Shown here: piece by piece, positions 1 through 9,736 of the stretch
Numbering within the stretch: position 1 is the first letter of the stretch
Layout: every line of letters begins with the position of its first letter
Source: Spirochaetota bacterium
GTDB lineage: Bacteria > Spirochaetota > UBA12135 > COTS27 > CBDBHE01
Reading direction: 5' to 3'
Assembly (NCBI GenBank): GCA_965205605.1
Contig: CBDBHE010000003.1
Span: forward strand, 1 to 33,479
DNA length: 33,479 nucleotides
Position numbers and translations under genes: made by a program
Notes under the pieces: model-generated
Told to the model about the DNA's origin: nothing
What the model saw: only the letters and a program-made list of their open reading frames with translations
Databases searched by the model: none

Positions 1-665
1 TCATTAATAACATAAATGGCATTTAAGTTTTCAGATAGACTATCTATAAGATTAATTTCGCTAATAAAACAATTAATATCACAACGAATACGACTTAAAG
101 TAAAATGATCAATGCGTCCTATTGTAATACCCATTAAATTAATACAAGTATCTATTTTTTTAGAATTTTTTTTTATAAAGTGTCGTATTCCTTTAAAGTC
201 TCCTTTTCCTTGAGATTTGGTTGTTGCTAAGAAAATAAAATTAAGATTAACCGTTTCTATTAATTTTTTTAAGATTTCTGGTAAAGCAAGAAGAACTGCA
301 ATTCCCAAGCTATTGTCATCGACACCAGCTCCTGCGATTGTTTTTTTATTAAAAGTGACATTGTGGTCAATGTAGTCATCAAAATTAGTATCTATATGAG
401 CAAAAAGAAGGATTGTTTTACCTTTTTTTTTTTTTAAATAAGAGCTACAGACATTTCCTTCTTCATCAAGATAAGTTTCTAAAAATTTTTGTTCTTTAAA
501 TTTTTCTAAAACATAACTAGCTCGTTTTTCTTCTTTAAAGGTCAAAGCTGGGATTTGATTAACCATTGCTAAATTAGACATAATAATTTCTTTAGCATTT
601 TCAACAATGATCTTATTTTGCTTTTTAAAATCTTGAACGGTTTGTTTAAGTTTTTTTTTATCCAT
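1..665 (-). CDS. M20/M25/M28-family metallopeptidase homologue (partial, runs off the window start; degenerate active site)
   Basis: Not in the ORF track. Manual translation from ATG at 665 is open to base 1: MDKKKLKQ...NQIPALTFKEEKRA...DEEGNV...LLFAHIDT...IAGAGVDDNSLG...LATTKSQGKGDFKGIRHF. HxD and GxDDN motifs are present. Confidence 0.8.
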   Translation of the reverse strand, partial: MDKKKLKQTVQDFKKQNKIIVENAKEIIMSNLAMVNQIPALTFKEEKRASYVLEKFKEQKFLETYLDEEGNVCSSYLKKKKGKTILLFAHIDTNFDDYIDHNVTFNKKTIAGAGVDDNSLGIAVLLALPEILKKLIETVNLNFIFLATTKSQGKGDFKGIRHFIKKNSKKIDTCINLMGITIGRIDHFTLSRIRCDINCFISEINLIDSLSENLNAIYVIN

Positions 666-719
666 ATTAAATGAAAAGTATTATATTAAAAGGAATGTTA
701 AATTAAAAAAAAATTGGCC

Positions 720-2925
720 TTAGGGATTAATTTTATAATTTAAAGTATTTGCATTAAGATAAAATAAAACCTCACCTCCTTTTTTTAATAGCCCAAATAA
801 GATTTCATCTGTTAAGACTTCTTTAATTTCTTTTTGTAAAATTCGTCTTATTGGTCGAGCTCCGTAGTGTTTATTAAATCCTTTGTTTTTTAAATAACTG
901 ACAGCACATTTTTCTAAAGAGACCCTTAATTTTTTTTATCTTTTAAAAGATGGTTGATTTCTTTAATAAATTTATTAATAATTTGACAAATCATTTCTTT
1001 ATTTAAATAGTTAAATTGAATAATGTCGTCAAGTCGATTTCTAAATTCAGGAGAAAACAATTGTTTGATGGCTTGCATGCCTTTATTAAGATTGTCTGTA
1101 GAAGAAAATCCAATCGAATTGGAAGCCATTTCTCTAGCACCTGCATTAGAAGTCATAATTAAAATAATATTTTTAAAATCTGTTTTTTCTTCCTGTATTG
1201 TCTGTTAAAGTCCCGTAATCCATGATTTGAAGGAGGATATTGGTAATATCAGGATGTGCTTTTTCAATTTCATCTAGTAAAATTAAAGAATGAGGATGTT
1301 TTCTAACTTCATCGGTTAAAAGTCCTCCTTTTTCATAGCCAATGTATCCAGGGGGAGCTCCAATAAGACGAGCAATTGAATGTTTTTCCATATATTCACT
1401 CATATCATAGCGAAGAAATTCAATATTTAAATAATCTGCTAATTGTTTAGAAAGTTCTGTTTTACCAACACCTGTGGGTCCTGTAAAAAGAAAACAAGCA
1501 TTTGGTTTGTTAGGTTCTTTAAGACCTGCTTTTACAGACTTAATAGTTTTTGTTATTGTTTTAATAGCTTTATTTTGTCCGAAAATTGTTTTTTTAAGAT
1601 TTTTTTCTAGATGAGTTAGATTTTCTTTTTCTTTTTTTTTCTTGAAAGTTAATAGGGACTTTGCTGATTTTTGTAATAATGGTTTCTATGTCTTTTAAGC
1701 TAATTTGATCATTTGAATTATTTTTTTTCAGTTTTTTAAAAGCACCGGCTTCATCCATGACATCGATTGCTTTGTCAGGTAAAAAACGATCTTGAATGTA
1801 TTGATTAGAGAGTTTACAGATATGAGTTAAAATTTTTTGAGAATAAGAAACTTGATGAAATTTTTCATAATAAGGGGCAAGACCTTCTAAAATTAAAATA
1901 CTATCTTTTATAGAAGGTTCTTTTATTTCTATTTTTTGAAACCTCCTTACAAGGGCGTTGTCTTTTTCAAAATAATTTTTATATTCTTTATAAGTCGTCG
2001 AACCAATACATTTAAGATTTCGATTAGATAAAAAAGGCTTCATTAGATTGGCAGCATCCATAGTTCCTTCTGTTGTTGAGCCCGTGCCTACGAGAGTGTG
2101 AATTTCGTCAATAAATAAAATGGTGTTTTCTTTAGAAATCAAATATTCCATTATTTTTTTAAGTCGTTCTTCAAAGTCACCTCGAAATTTAGTACCTGCT
2201 AAAAGAGTGCCCATGTTAAGGGAATAAATTTCAATGTTCTCCAATTGAGAAGGGACGTTTTTTTCAATAATTTTAGTTGAAAATCCTTCAAGGATACTGG
2301 TTTTTCCAACTCCAGGCTCTCCAACTAAAATAGGGTTGTTTTTATTTCTTCTAGAAAGAATATGAATCATTCTTTCTATTTCTTCTTCTCGATTAATAAG
2401 AGGATCAAATTCTTTGTTTTTTGCTTTTTGAGTCATATTAATAAGAAAAGAAGCAATCAATAAAAAATCTTTATCTTTATCAATTTTTATTTCTTCTCCT
2501 TTTATACCATGTGAAATATAATTTAAAATAGCTAATCGAGTAATCCCTTGTTCTTGTATAAGAAAACTAGCATAAGAATCTTCTTCTTCTAATATAGCGG
2601 CTAAAAGATTACCTATAATAGAGTTATTTTCTTTAGTTTCATCGATGTGACAAAAAGCTCTTTCAATGGTTTTTTGTAGTCCTAGGGTGAGTTTAGGGTG
2701 TTTTTCTTGATTTAGTTTGATTTTTTCTAAATCTGTTTTGAAAAAAGCATTTAATTGTTTGATAAGATTTTCTATGTTTCCATTGAGATGGTGAATGATT
2801 TTTTTTCCAGTTTGATTATAACAAATGGTGTAAAGGAGGTGTTCTAAGCAAACATATTCGTGTTGCATTCGTTTGGCTTCTATAGTAGCGATGTTAATTA
2901 ATAATTTAATTTCTTTAGTGAGCAT
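720..2925 (-). CDS. clpA: ATP-dependent Clp protease ATP-binding subunit ClpA, split by three homopolymer frameshifts
   Basis: Fragments 1594-2925, about 1173-1630, 926-1180 and 720-925 join into one ClpA. Motifs: N-domain ([11 protein letters not shown]), Walker A1 [43 protein letters not shown], Walker A2 [32 protein letters not shown] ClpP-docking loop, [18 protein letters not shown]; TAA at 722-720. No ClpB/C coiled-coil M domain; clpS is adjacent. Confidence 0.93.
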
Positions 2926-3244
2926 TTTGTTCCATTGTTACTTTAAGTGGGTATTCTGCTTCTTTTGCTTTTTCATTAACTTTTTTAATTTTCATTTCTG
3001 CCACTTCTTTGGGATAGATTCCAACGATTGCTTTATTTTTATGGTGAATTTTTAACATTAACTCTTTAGCATTTTCTAGGTTTTTATGAAAAATTTTGAT
3101 TAAAATAAAAACAACAAATTCCATAGTAGTATAATTATCATTATGAAGAATAATTTTGTACTTAGGGGGTTTATTTAATTTTTGTTTTTGGTTTTCTTGA
3201 ATAGAAGTATTGATTTGAATATGGGTGATATTTTTTATTGTCAT
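2915..3244 (-). CDS. clpS: Clp protease adaptor ClpS
   Basis: PPKYKIILHNDNYTTMEFVV...MLKIHHK...YPKEVAE...YPLKVTME; overlaps the clpA start. Confidence 0.95.
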   Translation of the reverse strand: MTIKNITHIQINTSIQENQKQKLNKPPKYKIILHNDNYTTMEFVVFILIKIFHKNLENAKELMLKIHHKNKAIVGIYPKEVAEMKIKKVNEKAKEAEYPLKVTMEQNAH

Positions 3245-3389
3245 AAAAATTATTTTATTATATTAAGCTGTTTTTATAAACATCATTATAAAAAATCGCA
3301 TTAGTGCTTTTTTTTTAAAAAAGTTCAAAATAATATTTTTAATATTAAAATCTCTTTAATAAATTAAAAAAGATAATAAAATTATTTTA

Positions 3390-4217
3390 GTGAACATTAA
3401 ACAATTTAAAAATAAAACGATTCCAAGTCTAGGGCTTGGAACTTATAAAATGAAAGGGGATGAATGTTATAGAGCTATAAGGCAAGCTTTAGATTTAGGG
3501 TATTGGCATATAGATACAGCTCGAGTTTACCAAAATGAAGATAGTATTGGAAAAGCCATTGAAGATGCAAAGATTGATCGAGATTCATTATTTATCACTT
3601 CCAAGCTTTGGGTAACAGAAACTAAGCGAAAAAAAATCATTCAGTCAATAGAAAAGAGTTTGGAATCTTTACGAATGGATTATGTTGATTTGTATTTAAT
3701 CCATTGGCCTAATTCAAAAGCTAATATAGAAGAAATGATTGAAACTCTCACTTATATTAAAGAAGAAGGACTGATTCGACAACTAGGGGTGAGTAACTTT
3801 CCACCGTCTTTTTTTAAAAAAGCAATTGAATTAGGAGATATTTTTTGTAATCAAGTAGAATATCATCCTTATTTAGATCAAAGTAAATTATGTAAAATTG
3901 CAAAAGAAAATGATGTTTGCTTGATGGCGTACGCTCCCTTAATGCAAGGCCATTTGGAAGATGAGCAAAATATTTTAAAACAAATAGGGATCAAGTATCA
4001 TAAAACAACTTTTCAAGTAACCCTTCGTTGGTTAATCGAACAAGAAAATGTAGTAGTGATCCCAAAAGCAGAAAAATTGATTCACCAACAAGAAAATCTT
4101 AATATTTTTGACTTTCAACTAAGTTTAGAAGATAAACACAGTATTGAAAAACTTCCTAAAAATAAAAGAAAAGTTAATCCTGAAAATCTAGCCCCTGATT
4201 GGGAAGATGGTTTTTAA
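3390..4217 (+). CDS. Aldo/keto reductase (DkgB-like)
   Basis: LGLGTY, DTARVY, TSKLW, DLYLIHWP, GVSNF, NQVEYHP, VIPK; the D-Y-K-H catalytic tetrad is intact. Confidence 0.93.
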   Translation: MNIKQFKNKTIPSLGLGTYKMKGDECYRAIRQALDLGYWHIDTARVYQNEDSIGKAIEDAKIDRDSLFITSKLWVTETKRKKIIQSIEKSLESLRMDYVDLYLIHWPNSKANIEEMIETLTYIKEEGLIRQLGVSNFPPSFFKKAIELGDIFCNQVEYHPYLDQSKLCKIAKENDVCLMAYAPLMQGHLEDEQNILKQIGIKYHKTTFQVTLRWLIEQENVVVIPKAEKLIHQQENLNIFDFQLSLEDKHSIEKLPKNKRKVNPENLAPDWEDGF

Positions 4218-4246
4218 AAAATAATCATTTAGCTTTATTTTTAGCC

Positions 4247-5360
4247 ATGAAAAAAGTCGGAATCGTTGGTTGGCGAGGAATGGTAGGTAGCGTTTTAATG
4301 AAGCGTATGGAAGAAGAAAACGACTTTCAAGATTTGGAAGTGTTTTTTTTTTTCCACTACCCAGCAAGGGCAATCGTCTCCTTTCCCTCATCTAACGGAT
4401 TGTTGTGTTGAAGATGCTCATAATCTTAATTTACTTCATTCTATGGATTTTATTTTAACTTGTCAAGGTAGTGACTATACAAAAAAAGTGCATTTTCAAT
4501 TAAGAGCCTCTCATTGGAATGGTTTTTGGATTGATGCAGCTTCTATTCTTAGAACAGAAAAAAAAAGTACTTTAGTTTTAGATCCAATTAATTTGGAAGT
4601 CATTAAAAAAGCTCTTGCCTTAGGCCAAAAAGATTTTATTGGTTCTAATTGTACAGTAAGCTTAATGTTAATGTCTTTAGGAGGGCTTTTTAAAAAAAAT
4701 TTGGTTGAGTGGCTTTCAAGTATGACGTATCAAGCTGCTTCAGGTGCGGGGGCAAAGTTTATGAAAGAACTGATTGATCAAATGTATTTTTTAAGTGAAG
4801 CATCAAAGAAAACTTTACATGGTAGAGAAATTTCTATTTTAGAAGCTGAAAAAGAGTTTACAAAAGCTATGACTTTAGAGGCATTTCCAAAAACAGAAAT
4901 AGGCTATTCCTTAGCTGGTAATTTACTACCTTGGATTGATCGTGAGTTAATAGGGGGGCAGTCAAAAGAAGAATGGAAGGGGGAGTTTGAAACCAATAAA
5001 ATATTGATGACAAAAAAAAAAATTCCTATTGATGGGATTTGTGTTCGTGTGGCATTAATGCGTTGTCATAGTCAAGCTTTTACCATCAAGCTTAAAAAAG
5101 AGCTTTCGATTAAGAATATTGAAGAAATTATTAAAGAATCAAACCGTTGGGTTTGTTTAGTTGAAAACACTAAAAAAGCTACTTTAGAAAATTTAACACC
5201 AGCAAAAATTTCAGGGACTTTAGAAATTGCTGTGGGGAGAATTAGAAAATTAAAATTAGGATCAAAATATATTGGAGTTTTTAATGTTGGTGATCAATTA
5301 CTTTGGGGAGCTGCAGAACCTTTAAGGCGAGTTTTAAATATTATCAGAGATCGTCTTTAA
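4247..5360 (+). CDS. asd: Aspartate-semialdehyde dehydrogenase, E. coli/gamma type, with one frameshift in a T11 tract (4343-4353)
   Basis: ATG 4247 gives MKKVGIVGWRGMVGSVLMKRM. Removing one T gives FFFSTTQQG..., in frame with ORF 4443-5360 (TCQG, WIDAAS, SNCTVSLMLM, YQAASGAGA, SKEEWK, RCHSQ, GDQLLWGAAEPLRR). Confidence 0.93.
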
Positions 5361-5366
5361 TCTTCT

Positions 5367-7304
5367 TTAAAAGGAAACCTTGATCATTTTCTTTTGTACT
5401 TTCTTTTGGTATATAAAGAATAGCCCTAAAAGAAGCACAGGTAGTAAATGAATGAGAAATTCATTTAAAGGAAAAGAAGGGATGATTGTTAAAACAAAAT
5501 CAGTTCTAAAAGCTAAAAAAGAGAGGCATAAAAGAAAAAAATTGTCATGTAAATGATTTTTTCTTAAGAACCACCCTTGAATCGCCGAAACAAAGCTAAC
5601 ACTAGCTACAGATGTACTTAATAAAATACCAATTATTTTTAGTGGGTCATTAATTTGATAAAGAATAATATTAGTATTAAAAACAAACATAAAAGGTAAA
5701 ATGGCGGTTCTTATGTCATAAGAAAAAGCTTGCAAACCTGTTTTAATAGGATCAGATTTAGCGATTGAAGCCGCTGTGTAAGCAGCCAGTCCTACTGGAG
5801 GTGTGTCATCAGCTAAGATACCAAAATAAAAACAAAAAAGATGAGCTGCGATTAGAGGGATTTCAAATCCAAATTGTTTTGAAACAGATACAATTGCAGG
5901 GGCTGTTAAAGAAGCCATGACAATATAGGTCGCTGTTGTTGGTAATCCCATCCCAATCAAAAGGCTACAAATTGCTGTAATTAAAAGAAGAATAAAAATA
6001 TTATTGAATGAAAGTAGAGTGATGATCTCAGTGATAAATCCTCCCAGTCCCATAGCGACCACAGCAACAATAATCCCTGCCGTTGCTGTTGCTAATGCAA
6101 TTGCAACCATGTTTTTGGACCCTTCAATAAAAGAAAACTGGATGATTTTCAAACTATTTTTAAAAGCAAGTATAAAAGGTTTTTCTGTTTTAATTGATAA
6201 AATAACTTCTCTTGTGAAAATAAGTAAAAAAGTAACAACAATTGTATTGAAAGCAGATTTTTCGGGGGAATGTCTTAAAAATAAAAGTTCATATAAAAGA
6301 GTGAAAACAGGGATTAAAAAATAAAAACCTTTTTTGATGATGTTGATAAAAGGAAGTAATTCTTTTTTGCTTAACGTTTTTAAATTTAATTTACAAGCCT
6401 CAAAATGAGTAATAAAAAATAAAGCTAGAAAAGATGAAAAAGCTGGTATAGCTGCTGCTTTGACGATTTCAAAATAAGGAAGATTAATATATTCTGCCAT
6501 AATAAAAGCCGCTGCCCCCATAATAGGGGGGGCTAATTGACCATCTGTACTAGAGGCCACTTCTATAGCAGCTGCTTTTTCTTTAGGATAACCAACTTTT
6601 TTCATCATCGGAATCGTAAAATTGCCCGTTGTTACAATATTGGCAATGCTAGAGCCAGAAAACATCCCAGTTAGACCACTAGCAACAATAGAAGCTTTCG
6701 CAGGGCCTCCTTTATATTTCCCAAGTAAGCTCATCGCTAAATTAGTAAAAAAATTACCGGCCCCAATTGTATGGAGTAATGTCCCAAGAAGCACAAATAA
6801 ATAAACTACTCGAGCAGAAACATCAAGAGGTATCCCATAAATTCCTTCTGAGCTTAAAGTCACTTGAGTCACAAATCTAGAAAGACTAATTCTTTTCGCT
6901 GACAAAAGCTCAGGTAAATAGGGCCTAAAAAAAGCATACAAACAAAAAATAACCACAATCAAAGGAAGTGCGGGCCCTAGATGCCTTCTTGCTCCTTCTA
7001 AAAGAAAAAGAATAAGAAGGATTCCAAAAAAAATATCTAATTGACTAGGGGATCCATGTCTTTGAATAATGGATTGATAATTGATGAAAAAATATAAAGC
7101 AGAAAAAACAACTAAAACAGTGATGAATACTTTTATAAGAAAAAATTGAACTTTTTTCTTTTTAAAAAAAGAGGTACTTGCATACGTGATAATAAGAGCA
7201 AAAGTTAAATGGATGCTTCTAATGAAAATAGCATCTATAACAATAAAACTAGCAATAGCGAGTTGAAATAAAGCCCAAGAAAGACAAATTATAGAAATAA
7301 ACAC
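5367..7304 (-). CDS. TRAP transporter 4TM/12TM fused permease (TAXI-associated DctQM)
   Basis: Polytopic; GIYGIPL, GGPAKAS, SGSSIANIVTTG, GQLAPPIMGAAAFIMAE, GMGLPTTATY, ADDTPPVGLAAY. Confidence 0.92.
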   Translation of the reverse strand: MFISIICLSWALFQLAIASFIVIDAIFIRSIHLTFALIITYASTSFFKKKKVQFFLIKVFITVLVVFSALYFFINYQSIIQRHGSPSQLDIFFGILLILFLLEGARRHLGPALPLIVVIFCLYAFFRPYLPELLSAKRISLSRFVTQVTLSSEGIYGIPLDVSARVVYLFVLLGTLLHTIGAGNFFTNLAMSLLGKYKGGPAKASIVASGLTGMFSGSSIANIVTTGNFTIPMMKKVGYPKEKAAAIEVASSTDGQLAPPIMGAAAFIMAEYINLPYFEIVKAAAIPAFSSFLALFFITHFEACKLNLKTLSKKELLPFINIIKKGFYFLIPVFTLLYELLFLRHSPEKSAFNTIVVTFLLIFTREVILSIKTEKPFILAFKNSLKIIQFSFIEGSKNMVAIALATATAGIIVAVVAMGLGGFITEIITLLSFNNIFILLLITAICSLLIGMGLPTTATYIVMASLTAPAIVSVSKQFGFEIPLIAAHLFCFYFGILADDTPPVGLAAYTAASIAKSDPIKTGLQAFSYDIRTAILPFMFVFNTNIILYQINDPLKIIGILLSTSVASVSFVSAIQGWFLRKNHLHDNFFLLCLSFLAFRTDFVLTIIPSFPLNEFLIHLLPVLLLGLFFIYQKKVQKKMIKVSF

Positions 7305-7360
7305 AGAAATTTTTGAATTGGATAGTGTTGAGAAATTAGATTAAAAAAACAGTAATTTAA

Positions 7361-8332
7361 TTATAAGAGACCGATTTCTTGATAATATTGGATAGCTCCT
7401 TGATGAAGAGGAATGGCTAAATTTTTAGTCATTCCTTTTTTGTTTAAATTTTTTAAAGCAGGATGAATTTTTTTAAAAATTTCTAAGTTTTCAAAGATTG
7501 CTTTTGTAAGAGTATAAACAACTTGTTTTGAAACTGTAGAAGAAGTGATCAAACCAGCTCGAATACCAATGGTTTCAATAGATTGTTTGTTTAGAAGATT
7601 AGGGTAGTAAGAGATGGGAATTGTTGAAGAGGTATAGTAAGGATTTTTTTCTAAAAGTTTTTTAGAAGCTTTTATTGGAATAATTCTTACTTTATTAATA
7701 AAACTACTTGCTTCTTTGATGCTACCGTTAGGGTGACCGACAGTATAAAAAAAAGCATCAATGCGATCGTCTTGTAATAAAGAAGGGGCTTCAGCAGCTT
7801 TAACATTTTGAATTTTGATATCTTTTTTAATGTCAATTTGATGAAAATTAAGAATATCAATCGCATTTTGTCGGTGACCTGAGCCATAATTACCAATATT
7901 AACTCTTTTTGACTTAAGGTCTTGGAGAGAAATAATTTTTGACTTTCCTGAAGCAATTAAGGTAATGCTTTCAGAATGAAGAGAAAAAACAGCTTTTAAA
8001 TTAGTTTGAGGACCTAATTTACTCCATTCGGCTTGTCCTTTTGTGGCTTGATATTGTCTATCTGCTTGTGCAATTCCAAAGTCCAAATCACCATTTAAAA
8101 TTAAATTAATATTAAAAACAGAGCCTCCTGTTGATTCATAAGAGGCTTTTATTTGGTGATTTTTAGTGTTTTGATTGATGATTTTTGATAACATTCCTCC
8201 AATAGGATAGTAAACTCCTGTAACACTACCAGTCCCAATAGAGATAAATTTTTTGCTTCTTTTATTTTTATTACAAGATGATACAGTAAAAATGAAAGCA
8301 AAAAAAATAAAAAATTTATATAAGTTTGTCAT
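7361..8332 (-). CDS. TAXI-family TRAP solute-binding protein, probable lipoprotein
   Basis: IGTGSVTGVYYPIG, STGGSVFN, GNYGSG, IDAFFYTVGHP, PLHQGA; N-terminal hydrophobic stretch ending in VSSC (lipobox-like). Confidence 0.92.
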   Translation of the reverse strand: MTNLYKFFIFFAFIFTVSSCNKNKRSKKFISIGTGSVTGVYYPIGGMLSKIINQNTKNHQIKASYESTGGSVFNINLILNGDLDFGIAQADRQYQATKGQAEWSKLGPQTNLKAVFSLHSESITLIASGKSKIISLQDLKSKRVNIGNYGSGHRQNAIDILNFHQIDIKKDIKIQNVKAAEAPSLLQDDRIDAFFYTVGHPNGSIKEASSFINKVRIIPIKASKKLLEKNPYYTSSTIPISYYPNLLNKQSIETIGIRAGLITSSTVSKQVVYTLTKAIFENLEIFKKIHPALKNLNKKGMTKNLAIPLHQGAIQYYQEIGLL

Positions 8333-8470
8333 TGAATCATATGAGAATAATTATACTATTTAAAACAGTCAGATTATTTAATTTTTTTATAATCAATAAA
8401 AAAAATTTTAAAAAACTAACAGTTTTTTTGAATATAGAATATATCTTATAATAAATAAGGCTTATTATTT

Positions 8471-9646
8471 ATGAAAGACTTTTATCAAAAATCACTTACT
8501 TTACATGAAAGACTAAGGGGAAAGTTAGGCATTAAGGCCAAAAAAATCATTAAAAATATCAAAGATTTATCTATTGTGTATACTCCAGGAGTTGCTGAAC
8601 CTTGCCGAAAAATAGCAAAAGAGACCAAATTAGCTTGGAAATATACGATTAAAAGTAATACGATAGCTGTTGTTAGTGATGGTTCTGCTGTTTTAGGATT
8701 GGGAAATATAGGGCCTTATGGAGCGATTCCTGTTATGGAAGGGAAAGCTATTTTATTTAAACAGTTTGCTAATATTGATGCGTGGCCTATTTGTTTAGAT
8801 ACTCAAAATGCACAAGAAATTATTCAAGCAGTTAGAAATATTGCTCCTGTTTTTGGAGGAATTAATTTAGAAGATATTTCTTCACCTAGGTGTTTTGAAA
8901 TTGAAGAAAAACTACAAGATTTAGGGATTCCGGTTTTTCATGATGATCAGCATGGTACAGCGATTGTGCTTTTAGCTGCTTTGATTAATGGGGCTAAGGT
9001 TGTGGGTAAGAGTTTTTTAAATTTAAAAGTGGTGATTAATGGTTCGGGAGCTGCGGGCATTGCAATTGCAAAATTTTTAAGCTGTCATGGTTTTGGGCTT
9101 AAAGAATGTATTTCTGTTAAGGATATTGTTGTTTGTGATTCTAAAGGGATTATTAGTAAAGCTAGGAAAGATTTAAACCCTCTAAAAATAGATCTTTTGA
9201 ATTATACTAATAGAAAAAATAAAATGGGTGATTTAAAAGAGGCTTTAAAAGGAGCTGATGCTTTTATTGGAGTGAGTAAGGGAAATCTTTTACGTGAACA
9301 ACATTTTAAAATGATGAATAAAGACCCTATTATTTTTGCGATGGCTAATCCTACTCCTGAAATTATGCCTGATAAAGCTAAAAAATATGGGGCGAAAGTT
9401 ATTGGCACAGGTAGAAGTGATTTTCCTAATCAAATTAATAATGTGCTTGCTTTTCCCGGTGTTTTTCGAGGAGCCTTAGATGCTCATGCAAAAAAAATAA
9501 CCAATGAAATGAAGCTTAAAGCTGCTTTAGCTTTGGCAAGTTGTGTAAAAAATCCTAAAGCAAATAAGATTTTACCCAACCCTTTTGACAAAGAGGTAAG
9601 CTTTACAATTGCTGAGGCGATTTTAAAAGTGGCTAAAAATTATTAA
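8471..9646 (+). CDS. NAD(P)-dependent malic enzyme (short form, no PTA domain)
   Basis: YTPGVA, DGSAVLGLG, PVMEGK, GGINLEDI, FHDDQHGTAIV, GSGAAG, AMANPTPEI, TGRSDFPNQINN. Confidence 0.95.
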   Translation: MKDFYQKSLTLHERLRGKLGIKAKKIIKNIKDLSIVYTPGVAEPCRKIAKETKLAWKYTIKSNTIAVVSDGSAVLGLGNIGPYGAIPVMEGKAILFKQFANIDAWPICLDTQNAQEIIQAVRNIAPVFGGINLEDISSPRCFEIEEKLQDLGIPVFHDDQHGTAIVLLAALINGAKVVGKSFLNLKVVINGSGAAGIAIAKFLSCHGFGLKECISVKDIVVCDSKGIISKARKDLNPLKIDLLNYTNRKNKMGDLKEALKGADAFIGVSKGNLLREQHFKMMNKDPIIFAMANPTPEIMPDKAKKYGAKVIGTGRSDFPNQINNVLAFPGVFRGALDAHAKKITNEMKLKAALALASCVKNPKANKILPNPFDKEVSFTIAEAILKVAKNY

Positions 9647-9736
9647 AACTCATAAAGATTTTTTCACTAGTTAAAGGAAAAGTTCTTTATAAGCTTTAAT
9701 TTAATTATTATTTAAGGGAGTGTAATAATAATAACT

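Noticed and set aside
9652-9690. Imperfect hairpin between the convergent malic enzyme gene and flgE
   Set aside because: Almost all A/T with mismatches and no clear U-tail; too weak to call a terminator.
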